Source: Eledone cirrhosa
Lineage: Eukaryota
Length of the DNA stretch: 64,000 nucleotides
Reading direction: 5' to 3'
NCBI GenBank assembly: GCA_964016885.1
Contig: OZ024754.1
Span: 23,312,001-23,376,000, forward strand
Of the stretch, positions 49,290 to 63,739 are shown piece after piece (within the stretch, counting starts at the first letter, position 1; every line of letters begins with the position of its first letter). Below the pieces are notes generated by a model that worked only from the letters and a program-made list of their open reading frames with translations, ran no database searches and was not told the origin of the DNA. Both the position numbers and the translations under genes were made by a program.

Positions 49290-51581
49290 CAGCTAGGTTT
49301 AAAGTTGTGGAACGAATGTCGGTACCGGTGTTGGCACGAGGAAAATGTCTCTGACTTTCTATTAGGGAGGTCTAGTTTCGAAAAGATTATAGTATGGGTC
49401 TCCAGAAGGCAGAGATTACACAATTTATTCGGTGGATTATACGATGAGGCCCTACCTACTACTTCCCATTGCAGTGTAAATGGTCTATTCCTAGTTTTCA
49501 GAGAGTGTATGTAGCTAGATAAAGAAGTGGAGCTGGCTAGATTGTGTTTTTTTGAAAGAGTGGAGGTGCGAGTTGTATCTCGTCTTGAAGTTGTTCGAAG
49601 TAGAACCTATATATGTTTTAGAAGAGTTATTTGCGTTGACGGTGCATGAGTAGATGATGTCTTTGGTTAAGCAATTATTACCCAAGGGGCAAGTTCTATT
49701 AGTTCTACAGTTACATTTATTTTGGGTGTTAGCTTTCCGGTTCCTATGTTGTGAAGAATTCTGGTTGCTAGGGGTAGCACTAGGGTAATGGTGTCTATCA
49801 TTCGTATTGTAATTGATTTCATTAGTGCTATTATCATTATTACTATTATTACTACTATTGTTTACAGGTACCAAGTTTACCTCCTGTTGTGTTTTAATTA
49901 GTTGGAAATAGTTATTAATCTTCCTTTTATTACTACTAGCTATATGGTATGCTATGTTAGGTGTGGTGGAGTACGATATTTTAATTGTATTTTTATTGAT
50001 AAGGCTATAGTACTTGTGGCCGGTCGGGAAGTTTTTTTCTAAGATTGAGAAGAAAGCCTTAGGCAAGTTGGTAGAGATGTTTAGATTGAAAGGGTGATTG
50101 AAGAATGTATTAGTTCTCCTTCTATTTTTGTTTACAGTATTGTTTTTTTTAGGTATTTATATCCCTGTTTATATTATTATTGTGGTGTTTACTTTTGGTA
50201 TTAATCTTCGTCTTAGAGTTATAGTGGCTAGTGTTTTTTTGCTATTTTTCCCCATGGCCATATTATGAGAAATAATGTTGTAACTATGTGATGTTATAGG
50301 TAGGAATTCAATTTCATTCTTATGTCCTGATTTAGCTAAGGCCTCATTAGAGTATTGTGAATTATTTTTAAATATAGTTTCATTATATGATAGATTAGAG
50401 ATTCTATTAGATATTCCTTTGGTAATGGAGTTTAATATGGATTTAGGGTGGTTAGAGTTGGTGTTCACATAAATTAGTTTTTCGTTAGGTTTATGATAGG
50501 GTGTGTATATTTTAGAGTCTAGGTTAAGGGTAGCGTCAAGGCAGTTGACGTTTTTAGTGTTTTTATCTAAGGTGATACTTAAGTTGTAGATTTTGAAAAT
50601 TTTGTGTAACTGTTTCCTAGTTTTTTCTATATTAAATTGTTTATAGTCTATAAGTAGTAGTGCATCATCACGGTATAAACCACCATTGAGGTAGGGTAGG
50701 TTCTTATGGATTTCATTAAGTAGGTATAGTCCCACCAAATCGGTGACCTGCATCGAGTCACTAGATCCCATGGTTATGTCGAAGTTGTTATGCGTATCTT
50801 TGCGAGTCCTTAATTGTTCTTCAAATGTAATTATGGTTTTTTTGGCAGCAAGTATGACTTCAATTTGGGATCTAGTCAGGTCACTATTGTTCATGGCCAT
50901 AATTAGAGCCTTATTTAATAGGATAGGGGAAATAGAGGTGTAGTATGAATTGATATCAAATTGTATAATTTTTTTATTTTTACACTCTTTAATACCCTTG
51001 AACCATTCAATAACCTCACCCGTATTTCCCCATTGGTTAAGGTATATTTTGTGCTTAAATTGTGGGATGATTTTATCTAATATTTTCTTGCTGATAATAC
51101 CAATGTCAGACTTGGAAGGGCAAATCTGTCTAATTGAAGGGTTACTAATGAAGTCTTCTTTATGGTCCTTCAGAGAGAATCGTGGGGGATTAGGGGTGTA
51201 TTGCTGTGTATGTCTCTGAAGTCCTAATTTACTCACTATATTACGGCCTTCAATATTTATATCTTCTAGGTTTTTAGTAGTAGCTTTCTTGTAGCCCATA
51301 TGCAGTTCCTTATATATCAATTTTCTATAAGTATCGTAATCTAAGCTATATATATTATTAGTTTTATCTGCATGTACTATGATTTTTCTATTTTTATTAA
51401 ATCCTTTAATAGTGGAGTTAAGGTAGTTTAAGAAGGTGTTGTTTCTATTATGATGTTTTTTGTACTTTATGTTCTTAACTAGTTTAATTAGATCATTTTC
51501 AAAACATCATTCTCCATCGTTGCTTTCACCCTTAACAGGATCTTCTGAAACTCATTATTTTAATAAATAGTTGCCCTACGG

Positions 51582-51582
<1 letters not shown>
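49290..51582 (-). mobile_element. Second Penelope-like (Naiad-type) element, frameshifted and 5'-truncated
   Basis: ORF 50169-51320 (QFDINSYY, ITMGSSDS, GLYRDD) and 49515-50066 (CNCRTNRTCPLGNNCL, DIIY..YIGST..FKTRYNSH); homologous to 8228-10450; abuts (TA)n at 51583. Confidence 0.88.
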
Positions 51583-51622
<40 letters not shown>

Positions 51623-51630
51623 CTAAAGGT

Positions 51631-54600
51631 TGCGAGTTCAATTCTCGGACTGTATGAGCAAGACAGGGTCAGCCGACCGGGCACTGCCCACTCCAGGACA
51701 GCCCGTCTAACCCATGCTAGCCTGGAAGAACGGACGTAAAACGGTGATAATGATGATGATATATACACGTGTATATTCATATATTATACATCATCACAGT
51801 TTAAGTTCCATTTTACAAGCTAGCATGGGTCGGACGAGTTGTCCTGTTGTGTGAAAAGTTAGATCAAATGACCGTGTCTGGCTCATGCAAGAAACATTTC
51901 TGGCTTGATTTCTACGGCTGGATGCCCTTCCTAAATCTAACCACATTTACAGGGAGGACTTGGCATTTATTGTTGTGTTGCTAACATGACCAACTTACAG
52001 GGCGGACTGGGTGCTTTTCGTTGTCTCACCATCAAGACCACCACCTAACAGAGCAGACTGGGTGCTCTTTGTCATGTCATCAATTTGACTACTTTGAAGA
52101 GTGCTTCGGGTGCCTTCAGTCTTGCCACTAGCATGACCACTTTACAGAGTGGGCTAGGGGCCTCCTGTCATGTCTAACTCACAGGGTGGACTGGGTGCTT
52201 ATTTGTCATGTCACCAGCATGACTACCTTGCAGGGAGGGTTAGGTGCTCTTTTGTCATGTTACCTATCAGAGAGGACTTGGTACTCTTTTGTCAGGACAC
52301 CTGCATGACCACCTTACAGGAATGCCTGAGGGCTTTTAGCCATTTAAGCAGCATTGGAGGAGAACATGTTAAGCTTTCCATACTTGTATACATGGGTTGG
52401 TCAAGAGAGGTGTATCAGAAATGAAAGTGGGGGTGGGGTTGTGTGTATGTAGGGTGGGGATTGCAGAGGTAGGTCAGGGTGGTGTACTTAGTAGGTAAGG
52501 GGGTTGAGTGTTAAGATGTGGGGAGGAGGAAATTTGCATACTTCAAACCACTAAATATTGCTTCATCCCGTGCACATTGGAATGCAGATCTCCTGCAGTA
52601 CTGTATAATGCCAGAGATTTCAATCCTGTCTCATCACCTTTGAGAGGTACAATGGTGTCAAGTCAGTTTTTATCACCTCATCTCAAGTTTTCCTAGGTCT
52701 TCCTCTTCCATCAATTTCAAGCGGTCAACTTTTTATACAACATCTCTACCTATATACACATCACATGTCCATAAAACAGCAATCTCCTCTCCTGTATACT
52801 GTATCTTATCCCTCTCATGCCCAGGTTCTCTCTCAGTTTATTAACACTTTGCTCTTCATGTATATTAATATTACACATCCATTGGAGATTTCAAACTTCA
52901 TTTTTATCCAATCTTCGGAGGTCCTCTGCACACAGTACCCACATCTCACTGAAATGCAGCATTGCTGTTCATATACAGACATCAATTTGATGAAACAACC
53001 TTTTGTAGCTAGCAGCAGTAGTAGCATCCTAAACCTTTGCCACCGTGTTCTTACTCTGGTTACTGTACTTTCAGAACACCTACCTCCAATGCTAATTTGG
53101 TCACCTAGCTAACAGAATCTGTCAACTGCTTCTATGGAACCCATTAAATGTTTGATAGAGCTTGTCTCCTAAAAGCGATTGCTTCTTACTGCTCCAGTGC
53201 AATGAGCCCTTGTAAAACCTACGTTCTTAGCTAACTTACCTTGTATCCCACTAAATCTCTTGTGTACCCATAGTCTATTTAGAGTAAATAATGTTTCATA
53301 CACATAACATGAATGTGTGACCATTGGTTTCCAAGTCCACATATGGCCACCACTGTTTATTGGGGAGAGGCACTTCCAAATATACCCTTCATTGTGCATG
53401 CTGACAAATATTAAAAGGAAGTTCTTTCCTCCAACAATTTTCACCCCAAACAGGCAAGAGTTTAATATTGTCAAAAAGGGAGGTAAATCTTTAGTGGTGG
53501 AATTGTCAGGCTTAATTATATATGTAATTAGACATACATAGAAGTGGTTGATAGCTTTTGCAATCCAGGTGACTTAATTAGTAGTGGAGGAGGCTGCTCT
53601 GAAAGATGAATAGCGAGAATAAGGATAGGACTGCAAAAGTTTAGAGAGCTACTGCAACAGTTGACCACAAAAGGTTTCTCTCTCTGTACAAAAGGACGAC
53701 TGTATGAGACATGTGGGTGATGTGCAATGATGTAATATAACGAAACAAGGGCTGTGACTGCAGATGATATGTAGACTGGAGAGAAATGAAACAACCATGC
53801 TTTGTAGGAAATGTTATGTAAGTGTGAGAGAAAGGCAGAGCTTGGACAAGTTCAAGAAGAAGCTGGGTTTAAGAGTGATCTGAAATGGTGTGTAAGAGAG
53901 AAGACTGCGTTTGTATGGGCATGGGATGCACATGGATAATGACCACTGGGTAATGAAGTGCCAGGAAATCCCAGTAGAAGGAAGCCATAGTAGAGGTAGA
54001 CCAAGAAAGACCTGGACAGAGGCTGTGTGAACTGACTTCAAATAACTGACTCTCACAGAGGACATGATAAAGTAAAGCATGGAAAAATCAGACATAAAAA
54101 CAGTGATGATGTTGATGAAGATGACGTACATATACACACACACATAATCAAATACTTATATACAAATATATACATGGACACAAATGTCTACAGACATACA
54201 TTCACATATATATAACGTATGTAAATTCTGAACAATACAGTTTTGTCAGCACAAGTCTTGGTTACAACATCTACAAATAAAATGAAAGAAGAATTTATTA
54301 GGAAAACAGTTTTATTCAAAATATTAACATTGGTGGCACTATTTTGGGTGAGTGACATGGTTTTTATCTAACAGTGTTGCATTAAGTAATCTTTACAAAA
54401 GAATGATTTACCACAGGCATCACAGTGATATGGTTCCTCTCCTGTATATGTTAGTGTCTAGTGAAGCCACAACATTTAGAGAAAGATTTACCAGATATAT
54501 CAAAGTGATATGGCTTCCCAGCTGTATGTATATGTTTGTGTGTAGTTAATGTAACATTCAGAGAGAATGATTTCCCTCAGATGTCACAATGATATGAATT

Positions 54601-57172
54601 TATATTCTCATTAATTCACAAATTTGAGGGAATGATTTATCAGATTTCAATGTCTTATGATTTTTCTTCTGCATGCATAAGTTTGTGAGTAGCTAGGCTA
54701 CTTTTCCCAGAGAAAGATATACCAGAGATATCACAGTGATATGGCTCGTCTCCTGTATGGGTACATTTGTGGCTAGTTAAGGTACCACTTTGAGAGAATG
54801 ATTTACCACAGATATAACAGTGATATGGCTCGTCTCCTGTATGGGTACATTTGTGGCTAGTTAAGGTACCACTTTGAGAGAATGATTTACCACAGATATA
54901 ACAGTGATATGGCTTGTCTCCTGTATGGGTACATTTGTGGCTAGTTAAGGTACCACTTTGAGAGAATGATTTACCACAGATCTCACAGTGATATGGTTTG
55001 TCCCCTGTATGTGTACGTTTATGTCTAGTTAGGTTACTACTTACAGTGAATGATTTACCACAGATCTCACAGTGATATGGCTTGTCTCCTGTATGTATAC
55101 GTTTATGTGTAGTTAGGTTACTACTTACAGAGAATGATTTACCACAGATATCACAGTGATATGGCTTGTCTCCTGTATGTATAAGTTTATGCTTAATTAA
55201 GGAACTACTTTCAGAGAATGATTTACCACAGATATCACAGTGATATGGCTTGTCTCCTGTATGTATACGTTTATGCTTAATTAAGGAACTACTTTCAGAG
55301 AATGATTTGCCACAGATATCACAGTGATATGGCTTGTCTCCTGTATGTATATATTTGTGCTTAATTAAGTTACAACTTACAGAGAATGATTTGCCACAGA
55401 TATCACAGTGATATGGCTTGTCTCCTGTATGTGTACGTTTATGTGTAGTTAGGTAACTACTTACAGAGAATGATTTACCACAGATATCACAGTGATATGG
55501 TTTCTCTCCTGTATGTATACGTTTGTGACCAGTCAAGGCACTACTATCAGAGAATGATTTACCACAGATATGACAGTGATATGGCTTGTCTCCTGTATGT
55601 ATACGTTTATGCCTAATTAAGGAACTACTATCAGAAAATGATTTACCACAGATATCACAGTGGTATGGTTTCTCACCTGTATGGGTACGTATGTGATCAG
55701 GTAAGTTCCTACTTCGAGAGAATGATTTACCACAGATATCGCCCTGATATGGTTTCTCACCTGTATGGGTACGTATGTAAGAAGTTAAGTCACTACTATC
55801 AGAGAATGATTTATCACAGTGATATGGTTTCTCTCCTGTATGTATATGCTTGTGAGTAGTTAAGATACTACGTTTATTGAATGATTTACCACAGATATTG
55901 CAGTGATATGGCTTCTCTTCTCTAACCTTCATCATCTCACCAGGAATACTAAACATTTTCGACTGTGTTTCGCATTTAATCTTCTTTGTCAATTTATTTT
56001 CCATAATTATTTCTTCTTCAACAGAATATACAAATGTTTTACTTGTAATATTTTTTATATTTTACTTCTTATAAAAAACTTCTTTTTCATGCAAGTTTAA
56101 CAGTGTTAACAAGTTAATAAGTTCTGTTGAGAAAGTTTTAGTCTTAAAATGATGATAAATAGAGGTGATGTATCCAAGATTGAAAATAAAAATTTATCCC
56201 AATGTCATCTGATATTCTGAAATAAGAAAGAAACAGTATGAGATAATACAGAATACTTTAGAAGCAGAGATAGATTTAACTGTGGAAATTTTAAATTTCT
56301 ATATTGGTAAACTGTAGATATCAACTTTCTTGTCCAGGGCAATTCTCTCCAATGTAAACAGTGGTATTCCAGCATGCTCTATGAATTATATCCTTCCATC
56401 TCTTCAGAGGTCTGCTCTATGGCAGTTTAGCAAATAATTCATTCTTATAGGACTTATAAGAAAGAAACAGTATGAGATAATAGGGAATACTTAAAATACA
56501 GAGATAAATTTAACAGTGGAAATGTTACATTTATACCATATTTCCCAGCGTCGAAGACGTTACATTTTCCCTAATATAAGCCTAAAAAATCTACCAATAC
56601 GTCCTGGAGGCCGAAGGTTGTTTACTAAAATTTTGACGACTACGGCACCGGTAGATACGGTACATTGGTAAACTATATAAACCAAGGCTATATATATGTC
56701 GAACTACACTACACCATCACTATAGCGGGATCATCTAGTACAGGGCCCCGAAACTGTGGTAACCTCATGAGATGAGTTTGGAGCAGCTGACTGGCCACCC
56801 CTCCTCACAGTGGTGCCACCCTGTACCAGGCCCCCCAAAATTATAGTTCCCCTGTGAGATGGGTTCAATGCAGCCAACTGGCCTGTCTCTCCTCATAACA
56901 GAGCCATCTAGTTCCACACTGTAAACATGGTTGGTGTTAGGAAGGGAATCCAGCCGTAAAATACCCGAACAAATTTACAGACCTCACCTAAGCAAGGTGC
57001 GACACATGGCCAACCCTGGCCAGACTTGCCTCCTGGCGTGCATGATCCATCTAACCCATGCAAGAATGGAAAAATGGACGCTAAAAGGTAATTATACATA
57101 CATACATATATATATCCCACCCACACAGGACGTGTAAAAGAAATGGAAAAACGCACCCGGCCCACACCGTAA
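51631..57172. repeat. Segmental duplication unit 2 (paralogue of 718-6415)
   Basis: Collinear similarity; paired spurious ORFs 1552/52508, 1812/52765, 2207/53169, 6181/56931. Confidence 0.9.
54655..56004 (-). CDS. C2H2 zinc-finger array protein (449 aa; 15 repeats, 12 with complete C2H2 ligands)
   Basis: TG(E/D)[13 protein letters not shown] repeats; fingers 2, 3 and 15 are degenerate; short N-terminal leader with no recognisable KRAB/BTB/SCAN domain; AATAAA (minus) at 54311-54316. Confidence 0.9.
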   Translation of the reverse strand: MENKLTKKIKCETQSKMFSIPGEMMKVREEKPYHCNICGKSFNKRSILTTHKHIHTGEKPYHCDKSFSDSSDLTSYIRTHTGEKPYQGDICGKSFSRSRNLPDHIRTHTGEKPYHCDICGKSFSDSSSLIRHKRIHTGDKPYHCHICGKSFSDSSALTGHKRIHTGEKPYHCDICGKSFSVSSYLTTHKRTHTGDKPYHCDICGKSFSVSCNLIKHKYIHTGDKPYHCDICGKSFSESSSLIKHKRIHTGDKPYHCDICGKSFSESSSLIKHKLIHTGDKPYHCDICGKSFSVSSNLTTHKRIHTGDKPYHCEICGKSFTVSSNLTRHKRTHTGDKPYHCEICGKSFSQSGTLTSHKCTHTGDKPYHCYICGKSFSQSGTLTSHKCTHTGDEPYHCYICGKSFSQSGTLTSHKCTHTGDEPYHCDISGISFSGKSSLATHKLMHAEEKS

Positions 57173-57852
57173 AGAGGACACGTAAAAGACATGGCAAAAA
57201 GTACTCACCCCACACTGTAAAGAGATGTAGGTGTCATGGCAACAAGGATCCAGCCCATACTATAAAGTAGACGTGTAAAAGACAGCAAAAAGCACCCGGC
57301 CCACACTGTAAAGTAGACGTGGTTTTGATGATGATGATGATATATAATAAAATGTAGTTTGCTTGAAGCATTCTATATAATATTATCGTTGAAAGAGATA
57401 GAAGGCTAAACAATACAAAATGGACTGTAAAATGAGGTAAGGAAAAGTACAAGTTACCTGGTAATCTTTGTTTTGTTTTTTTGTTGTTCTTTTATCTGTC
57501 CAATATTTTGGGACCTAAAAGTCCTTTCTTCAGGGTTTAACCCTTTAGCATTCACATTATTCTATATATACTATTATATTTCCATGGTAAAGTCATTACC
57601 TCACATAATATTGAATCTACGAGGTTTTGATATTATTTATATTGAGAACAATACCTTAACATCAGTAAGAGTGGCCAGTTACAGCCAGTCTGAACAGAAA
57701 AAGAGACAGAATTCTGGCCAGTTATGGCCAGTTTAAATGGTAAAGGGTTAAGCAACTTTTTATTGGATAATGTTCCAATTTCCTCTCTTTCGGATTAAAT
57801 TTTGATTTTGATTAAAATTGTTTCCAAGCCGTTTTCAAGCATTTTATAAAAT

Positions 57853-58402
57853 TGATGGAAGCTGTGAAGTAGGAAGACCTGGGATGATGTGATAAAAGCT
57901 GACCTCACACATTTGATGGAAGCTATGGAGGAGAAAGACCTAGTTTGAGGTGATAAAAGCTGACCTGACACATTTGATGGAAGCTATGGAGTAGGAAGAC
58001 CTGGGATGAGGTGATAAAAGCTGACCTCACACAATTGATGGAAGCTGTGAAGTAGGAAGACCTGGGATGAAGTGATAAAAGTTGACCTCATGCAACTGAT
58101 CGAAGCTATGGAGTAGGAAGACCTAGTTTCAGTTGATAAAAGCTGACCTCACACAATTGATGGAAGCTATGGAGTAGGAAGATCTGGGATGAGGTGATAA
58201 AAGCTGACCTCAGACACTTGTTGGAAGTTATGGAGTAGGAAGACCTAGTTTAAGGTGATAAAAGCTGACCACACACAATTGATGGAAGCTATGGGTAGAA
58301 AGAACTAATTTGAGATGATAAAAGCTGACTTCACACAATTGATGGAAGCTATGGAGTAGGAAGACCTAGTTTGAGGTGATAAAAGCTGACCCCACACAAT
58401 TG
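57853..58402. repeat. ~61-bp minisatellite (~9 units)
   Basis: GATGGAAGCTATGGAGTAGGAAGACCT..GAGGTGATAAAAGCTGACCTCACACAATT units. Confidence 0.92.
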
Positions 58403-58677
58403 TACTTCTCAAAGACAATGAGACAGGATATATACACACATTACTCTATATACACCTAAAATATCGAAGACCCCCATCGTTCACGAATGACCTTGTGATT
58501 TGCAACTAGAAAGTTCCCCTCCGAGGCTCAAGTCTGGTTGTTTGAGGAAAACCAGCAGTTGCCCATGTATACCAGTCTACCCTCTCCACCCCACCGATGT
58601 TGTCCAAGGGAAAGGTAATGGCTGATACAGCTTGAGAACAGTGACATCACAACATATATATATACACTATATATATA

Positions 58678-60232
58678 TCATCATCATCATCATCATCGTT
58701 TAACGTCCATCTTCCACGCTTGCATGGGAGTTTTGCCACTTGAGGCAAGATTGGTTGTCTTGCTCGTATAGGACTGTCTGGCGGGTTTTCTACGACTGGA
58801 TGCCCTTCCTAACACCAACCATGTTTACAGTGTGGACTGGGAGGTTTTTACCGTGTTACCTACACGGCCACATTACAGTGTGGACTGTGTGTTTTTTTTT
58901 TCGTGACACCTACACGACCTCATTTATTTCGGACTGGGTGTTGTGGTACCAACATAACTTTACATTGAAAGGGGTGGTGTGGATGGGGTGGGGGTGCTGG
59001 GGCGGGGGGTGTATTTTTGTTAGAGTTGCCTACTGACTGTAGGTTTCGCTTTGTATTTAGGCAAGGCGGGTCTTCTGTATTACTGTGTAGCGCCAAAGAT
59101 CTCGGCCCAGTGACATTGTCTTGGAGAGGTGTAAGTGTGTGAGGTCAGAATTTATCAAGTTGTCCCAGGTTTTTCTGGGTCTGCCTACTCCGTGGCTACC
59201 GTCTATTTTTATCGCCCTGCACTTTTTTATACAGCTGTCGTCTTTCATGCGCATCACGTGACCATACCAACTTAGTCTTCTCTCGAGTAAACAACATCTG
59301 ATTCCTCTTATTCCTAATTTCTCCCTTAGTTCATTTATGCTTTGCCGTTCATGTATATTACTATTACACATCCAACGGAGCATGCAAGCTTCGTTCCTCT
59401 CCAGTCTGCGTATATCCTCTGCACACAATGCCCAAGTCTCACTGCCATGTAACATTGCTGTTCATATGCAGGCATCATACAGCCAGTCTTTCATTTTTAG
59501 AGAGAACCCTTTAACGGCTAATAGTGGTATAAGCTCTCTGAACTTTTTCCATCCTGTTCTGACTCTAGCTACTGTACTTTCCACCACTGCTGATTTTGTC
59601 ACCCAGGTAACGGAAGGTGTCCACTATTTCTATAGAACCATCTGTGCAATGGAATGAGCTAGTATTCTGTGGGCACTTGCTGCTACTTATTGCACCTGAG
59701 CACCGGCCACATATAAAATCTATATTCTTAGTTAGCTTACCTGTGATGCCACTACATCTTTTATGCACCCATACTTTGCATTTGGTACATAAAATGGAGT
59801 TTCTGCCCACTCCTTTCCTACACACTGAGCATGGCCATTTCCCAGATGGGACCAGTGCCCTATTTTCCTTCCTACAAACTAGAACTTTAGTCTTAGACAG
59901 GTTAATTTTAAGGCCTTTTGATTCTAGGCCATGCTTCCATGTTTGGATTCAGCTATAAGCATTAGATCATCTGCGTATAGAAGTTCTCATGGGCAGCCGG
60001 TCTTGAATCCCCTGTTATAGCCTGAAGGGCAATAATAAATAGTAGAGGGCTAAGGACGGAGCCCTGATGAACACCAACTTTTACGCTAAACTCTTCACTA
60101 TATTCGTTGTTAATTCTAACCTTGCTGACTGTTTCTTTATACATGGCTTGTATAGCTCTCACAAGCCATTCATCAACACCTAGTTTTCTAAGGGCCCACC
60201 AGATAATCGAGCGGGGTACTCTGTCAAAGGCT
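58678..60232 (-). mobile_element. RTE-type LINE, 5'-truncated RT and C-terminus with (GAT)n tail
   Basis: KAFDRVPR, GVHQGSVLSPLLF, CxxCKVWVHKRCSG, FRYLGD, MLHGSETW, GRPRKTW. Confidence 0.85.
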
Positions 60233-60247
60233 TATATATATATATAC

Positions 60248-62705
60248 CGTTTTGCTGTGGAAGCACCTGGACCTCGTAACACAGACGGTACATCTGGACC
60301 CGGAGGGTCGACTGGTGGTCCTAGACATTGACGGTAGTGAAGGTGGAGCCTTTAGGCTGGTGGCCGCATATGCCCCATCCGGGACACCGTGGCCAGACTT
60401 CTTCAAACGTCTAGAGACTTTTCTGGGAACGTCATGCTCCTTGCTTTTAGTGGGGGACTGGAATGGAACCCTAGATGCACGTTGGGACTATGTGGGACCA
60501 TGCCTCAAACAGTTAATCGCCCGATTTGACCTGGCCAATAGATATCGACTAGATTTTCCGACTGTGCCACAGCGGAACATCTAGATCGTACCTAAATAGA
60601 ATTCTAGTTAGAAATAAAGATAGGGACATGTTAAGCTGTCCATAAATGTTCATGGTTGCCTATTCAGATCTCAAACTAGTGACCTGTATGGTCAACCTTG
60701 ATAGAACCCATAGACAAGGACCCGGTTACTGGAAGCTGAACTTGTCGTTACCGACATGCAAAGCCAACAGTAGACAGATTAGCACTTTAGTTAAACAGCA
60801 CTTGACAGGGGCCATTGTCAACAACAGATGGTGGTACTCTCTCAAAAAGGCAGTTAGATTAAACTCGTTAGTTTTTAGTAAAGAATTAGCATTAGATAAA
60901 AATAGTGTGCAGCCTTTCAGTGGCACTTTGCTCAGCTGTTTGGGCAGGGTGGCGCACCGGGAGAGGCTATGGATTTCGGTCCATATCTCGGACAGCAAGG
61001 CAAATCTGCGAAAGGCCAATATCAGCCACTGAGTTAGGGGACGCGCTGAGCCAATGCGGCAAACACAAATCTCCAGGTCTCAACGGTCTACCCCACGAAT
61101 TTTACATAGCAATGCCGGACTTGTTCTCTGTTCTCGAAGCAGTCTACTGCAACTGGCAGCGGAACGGGAGAATTCCCAGTTCTGTGACCAGGGGCGTAGT
61201 CACGCTAGTCAGGAAGGACGAGAATAAGGGGGATGACATAGGCAACTTCCGGCCCATAACTCTGCTAAACACAGAGTTACAGATTTTGGCCAAGGTGTTG
61301 GCAAAGAGGCTGACGCTTGTCGTAAAAAATCTGGTGGGAGAAGCACAGACATGCGCAATCCCGACCAGATCTATAAACGACAACCTCCACCTCATGCGAT
61401 ACATTGTAGAGAGGGTTGGGTGTAAACCCGGCTTCGGTGGGGCCCTGATCAACTTGGATCCGTCTAAGGTTTTTGATAGGGTTGACCATCGTTACCTAGA
61501 TGCGGTGCTTGAGGCGGCAGGCTTTGGACCCGTGTTCAGGGGCTGCATTGCTGCAATGCACAGCAGCAACATCTGCTCAAGGGTCAAGATGAACGGTTAC
61601 CTCTCGGAGCCGTTCCATATCACGCGATCCATTCGATAGGGGTGCCCTCTCTCCTCCCTTCTGTACGTCCTGACTCACGAGCCACTACTGCGGAAGTTGG
61701 AGCTATTGCAGGGCATCCCTCTGGAACCGGGACTGCGGAAAGTGGCGTCGGCCTACGCCGACAACGTGACAGTAATGGTGTCGAGCACCTCGCAAATCGA
61801 GGAAGTCGGCACCTTACTTAAGGAATACGAAAGGTTCTCAGGAGCGAAGCTGAACTGGGACAAGTCGGTTTGCAACTCGGATCGTGGAGAGGCAAACCGA
61901 TGCCTTCCGATGACGTCGTCGGACGCTGGACGGAAGGACTAGTAAAGCTGTTCGTGGCCAGTCTGTTCGGTAGGACCTTCTGCCCGGGACCGATGGACAA
62001 CTTCCCAAAGTCCCTGGCCTGGCAGTGCTACCGAGGAGCTCTACCAGTTCGAGACAAGCTCTACAGACATGGGTGCCCGGGCAGGGAACCTTCGAAAAAG
62101 ATCTGTCTGAGATGCGTGCGAGATGAAGAAACCGTCGCGCACGCATTCATACACTGCCCGGGCATTACCGACCTGTGGGGCTATGTAGAACGACTATTGC
62201 CACGGGTGGGACCAATCCGGTTGACTACCGAGTCCATTGTCATGATTAAACCGCAACCCTCCTTCAAAAACGAAGGAGAGGCGGTTTTCCTTTGTGTGAT
62301 AGCTATGGCGAAAAAGGTTGTATGTCGACGAGGTTAGAGGGGCTGAGATCAGACACCTTTCTCTCCGGCCAACAACTGATTCTTTTTTTCAAATACCACT
62401 TTGGAAGAAGAATCAGGATGGAGAGAGAGAGAGGTGCTGTACCCCAGCAAGTTTTATGAAAGGTGGGTGATAGTGGCAAGAATGGCACAAGTGAATGGGT
62501 ACAAATTCTTTGTACTCCTGGAGATGAGGGTTGCACATTTTTTCGGGGGTATGAGTTACCAATATGAAATGTCTCCCCCTATTGGGGAAAATCGATTAAT
62601 TATTAAATTGCATTTGTGATAGAATTTTACACGTTTTTATTGTATGTAAACTTCCCCCTTTGTATTTGTCCTCTTCTTTTGTGCCCCTGTTGGTAATAAA
62701 GAAAC
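60248..62705 (+). mobile_element. Tx1/L1-clade LINE ORF2 remnant (APE-RT-zinc finger) between TA tracts
   Basis: AAYAP..GDWN, PGYWKLN, KSPGLNG, NFRPITLLN, FDRVDH, YADN, CLRC..ETVAHAFIHC; AATAAA at 62695-62700. Confidence 0.85.
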
Positions 62706-63319
62706 ATATATATATATATATATATATACACACTGTGTACAATATATATTATACACTATATATGTTGCCCGAGGGAAAGGTAATGGCTGATACAGCTTGG
62801 CACCAGTGACCTCACAACATATATATACACTGTGTACAATATATATTATACACTATATATGTTGTCCAAGGGAAAGGCAATGGCTGATACAACATAGTTA
62901 TATATAACTTATATCCCAGACATCTATAGATTATTTCTATTCTCTTCCCCAATTTCAAAATGTTCTGTTTACATTATTATTATTATTATTATCATTCACT
63001 TGTTTCCTCAACGTATATACTTCGACCTTGTTTTTGATATAAACCATGTTGGACATTGTGTCTTTCTCTACAAACTCATCCCTCACCCCCGCCATTACCT
63101 CCCCTTTCTCTCACTCATTCATTTCCGTGTTTACGAAGCTAGGTGACCATCTTCGAAATTCTTGCATATCGGCCTTGTCTAATATGCCTACTTATATCTG
63201 CTTATTTCCCCCGAATCTCCTGTGATGATATATGTCATGATGGCTACCTATCTCACAATTTCCCACTCACCACCATAGGCTATTCGACCAATCAAACCTC
63301 AGCAACATGTCCTTACCCA

Positions 63320-63565
63320 TTACCAGCCCCAACAAACTCTGCCATTACTACTACTGTCTTTCTAGACCTTACCAGCCCCAACAAACTCTGCCATTACGAC
63401 TACTGTCCTTTTAGCCCTTACCAGCCCCAACAAACTCTGCCATTACTACTACTGTCCTTCTCGCCCTTACTAGCCCCAACAAACTCTGCCATTACTACTA
63501 CTGTCCTTCTAGCCCTTACCAGCCCCAACAAACTCTGCCATTACTACTACTGTCCTTCTAGCCCT
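63320..63565. repeat. 48-bp minisatellite (~5 units)
   Basis: TTACCAGCCCCAACAAACTCTGCCATTACTACTACTGTCCTTCTAGCC units. Confidence 0.9.
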
Positions 63566-63739
63566 GCACCAAAGAATTCTTGTTTACCGTTATCTATGGA
63601 GGAGCGAAGGATAAATGGAACAACCCCGAATAAATAAATGAATATGAATCTGCGAGTTACCCATGCAAAGCTTTAATTCAGAGACAGGTAGCATACACAC
63701 TCCCCCGCAAAAATTCACCCTTTCAAACGAATGATGGCA

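Noticed and set aside
57853-58402. CRISPR-like array (also 45843-46420 and 63320-63565)
   Set aside because: Whole units repeat with no unique spacers, there are no cas genes, and the context is eukaryotic: these are minisatellites.
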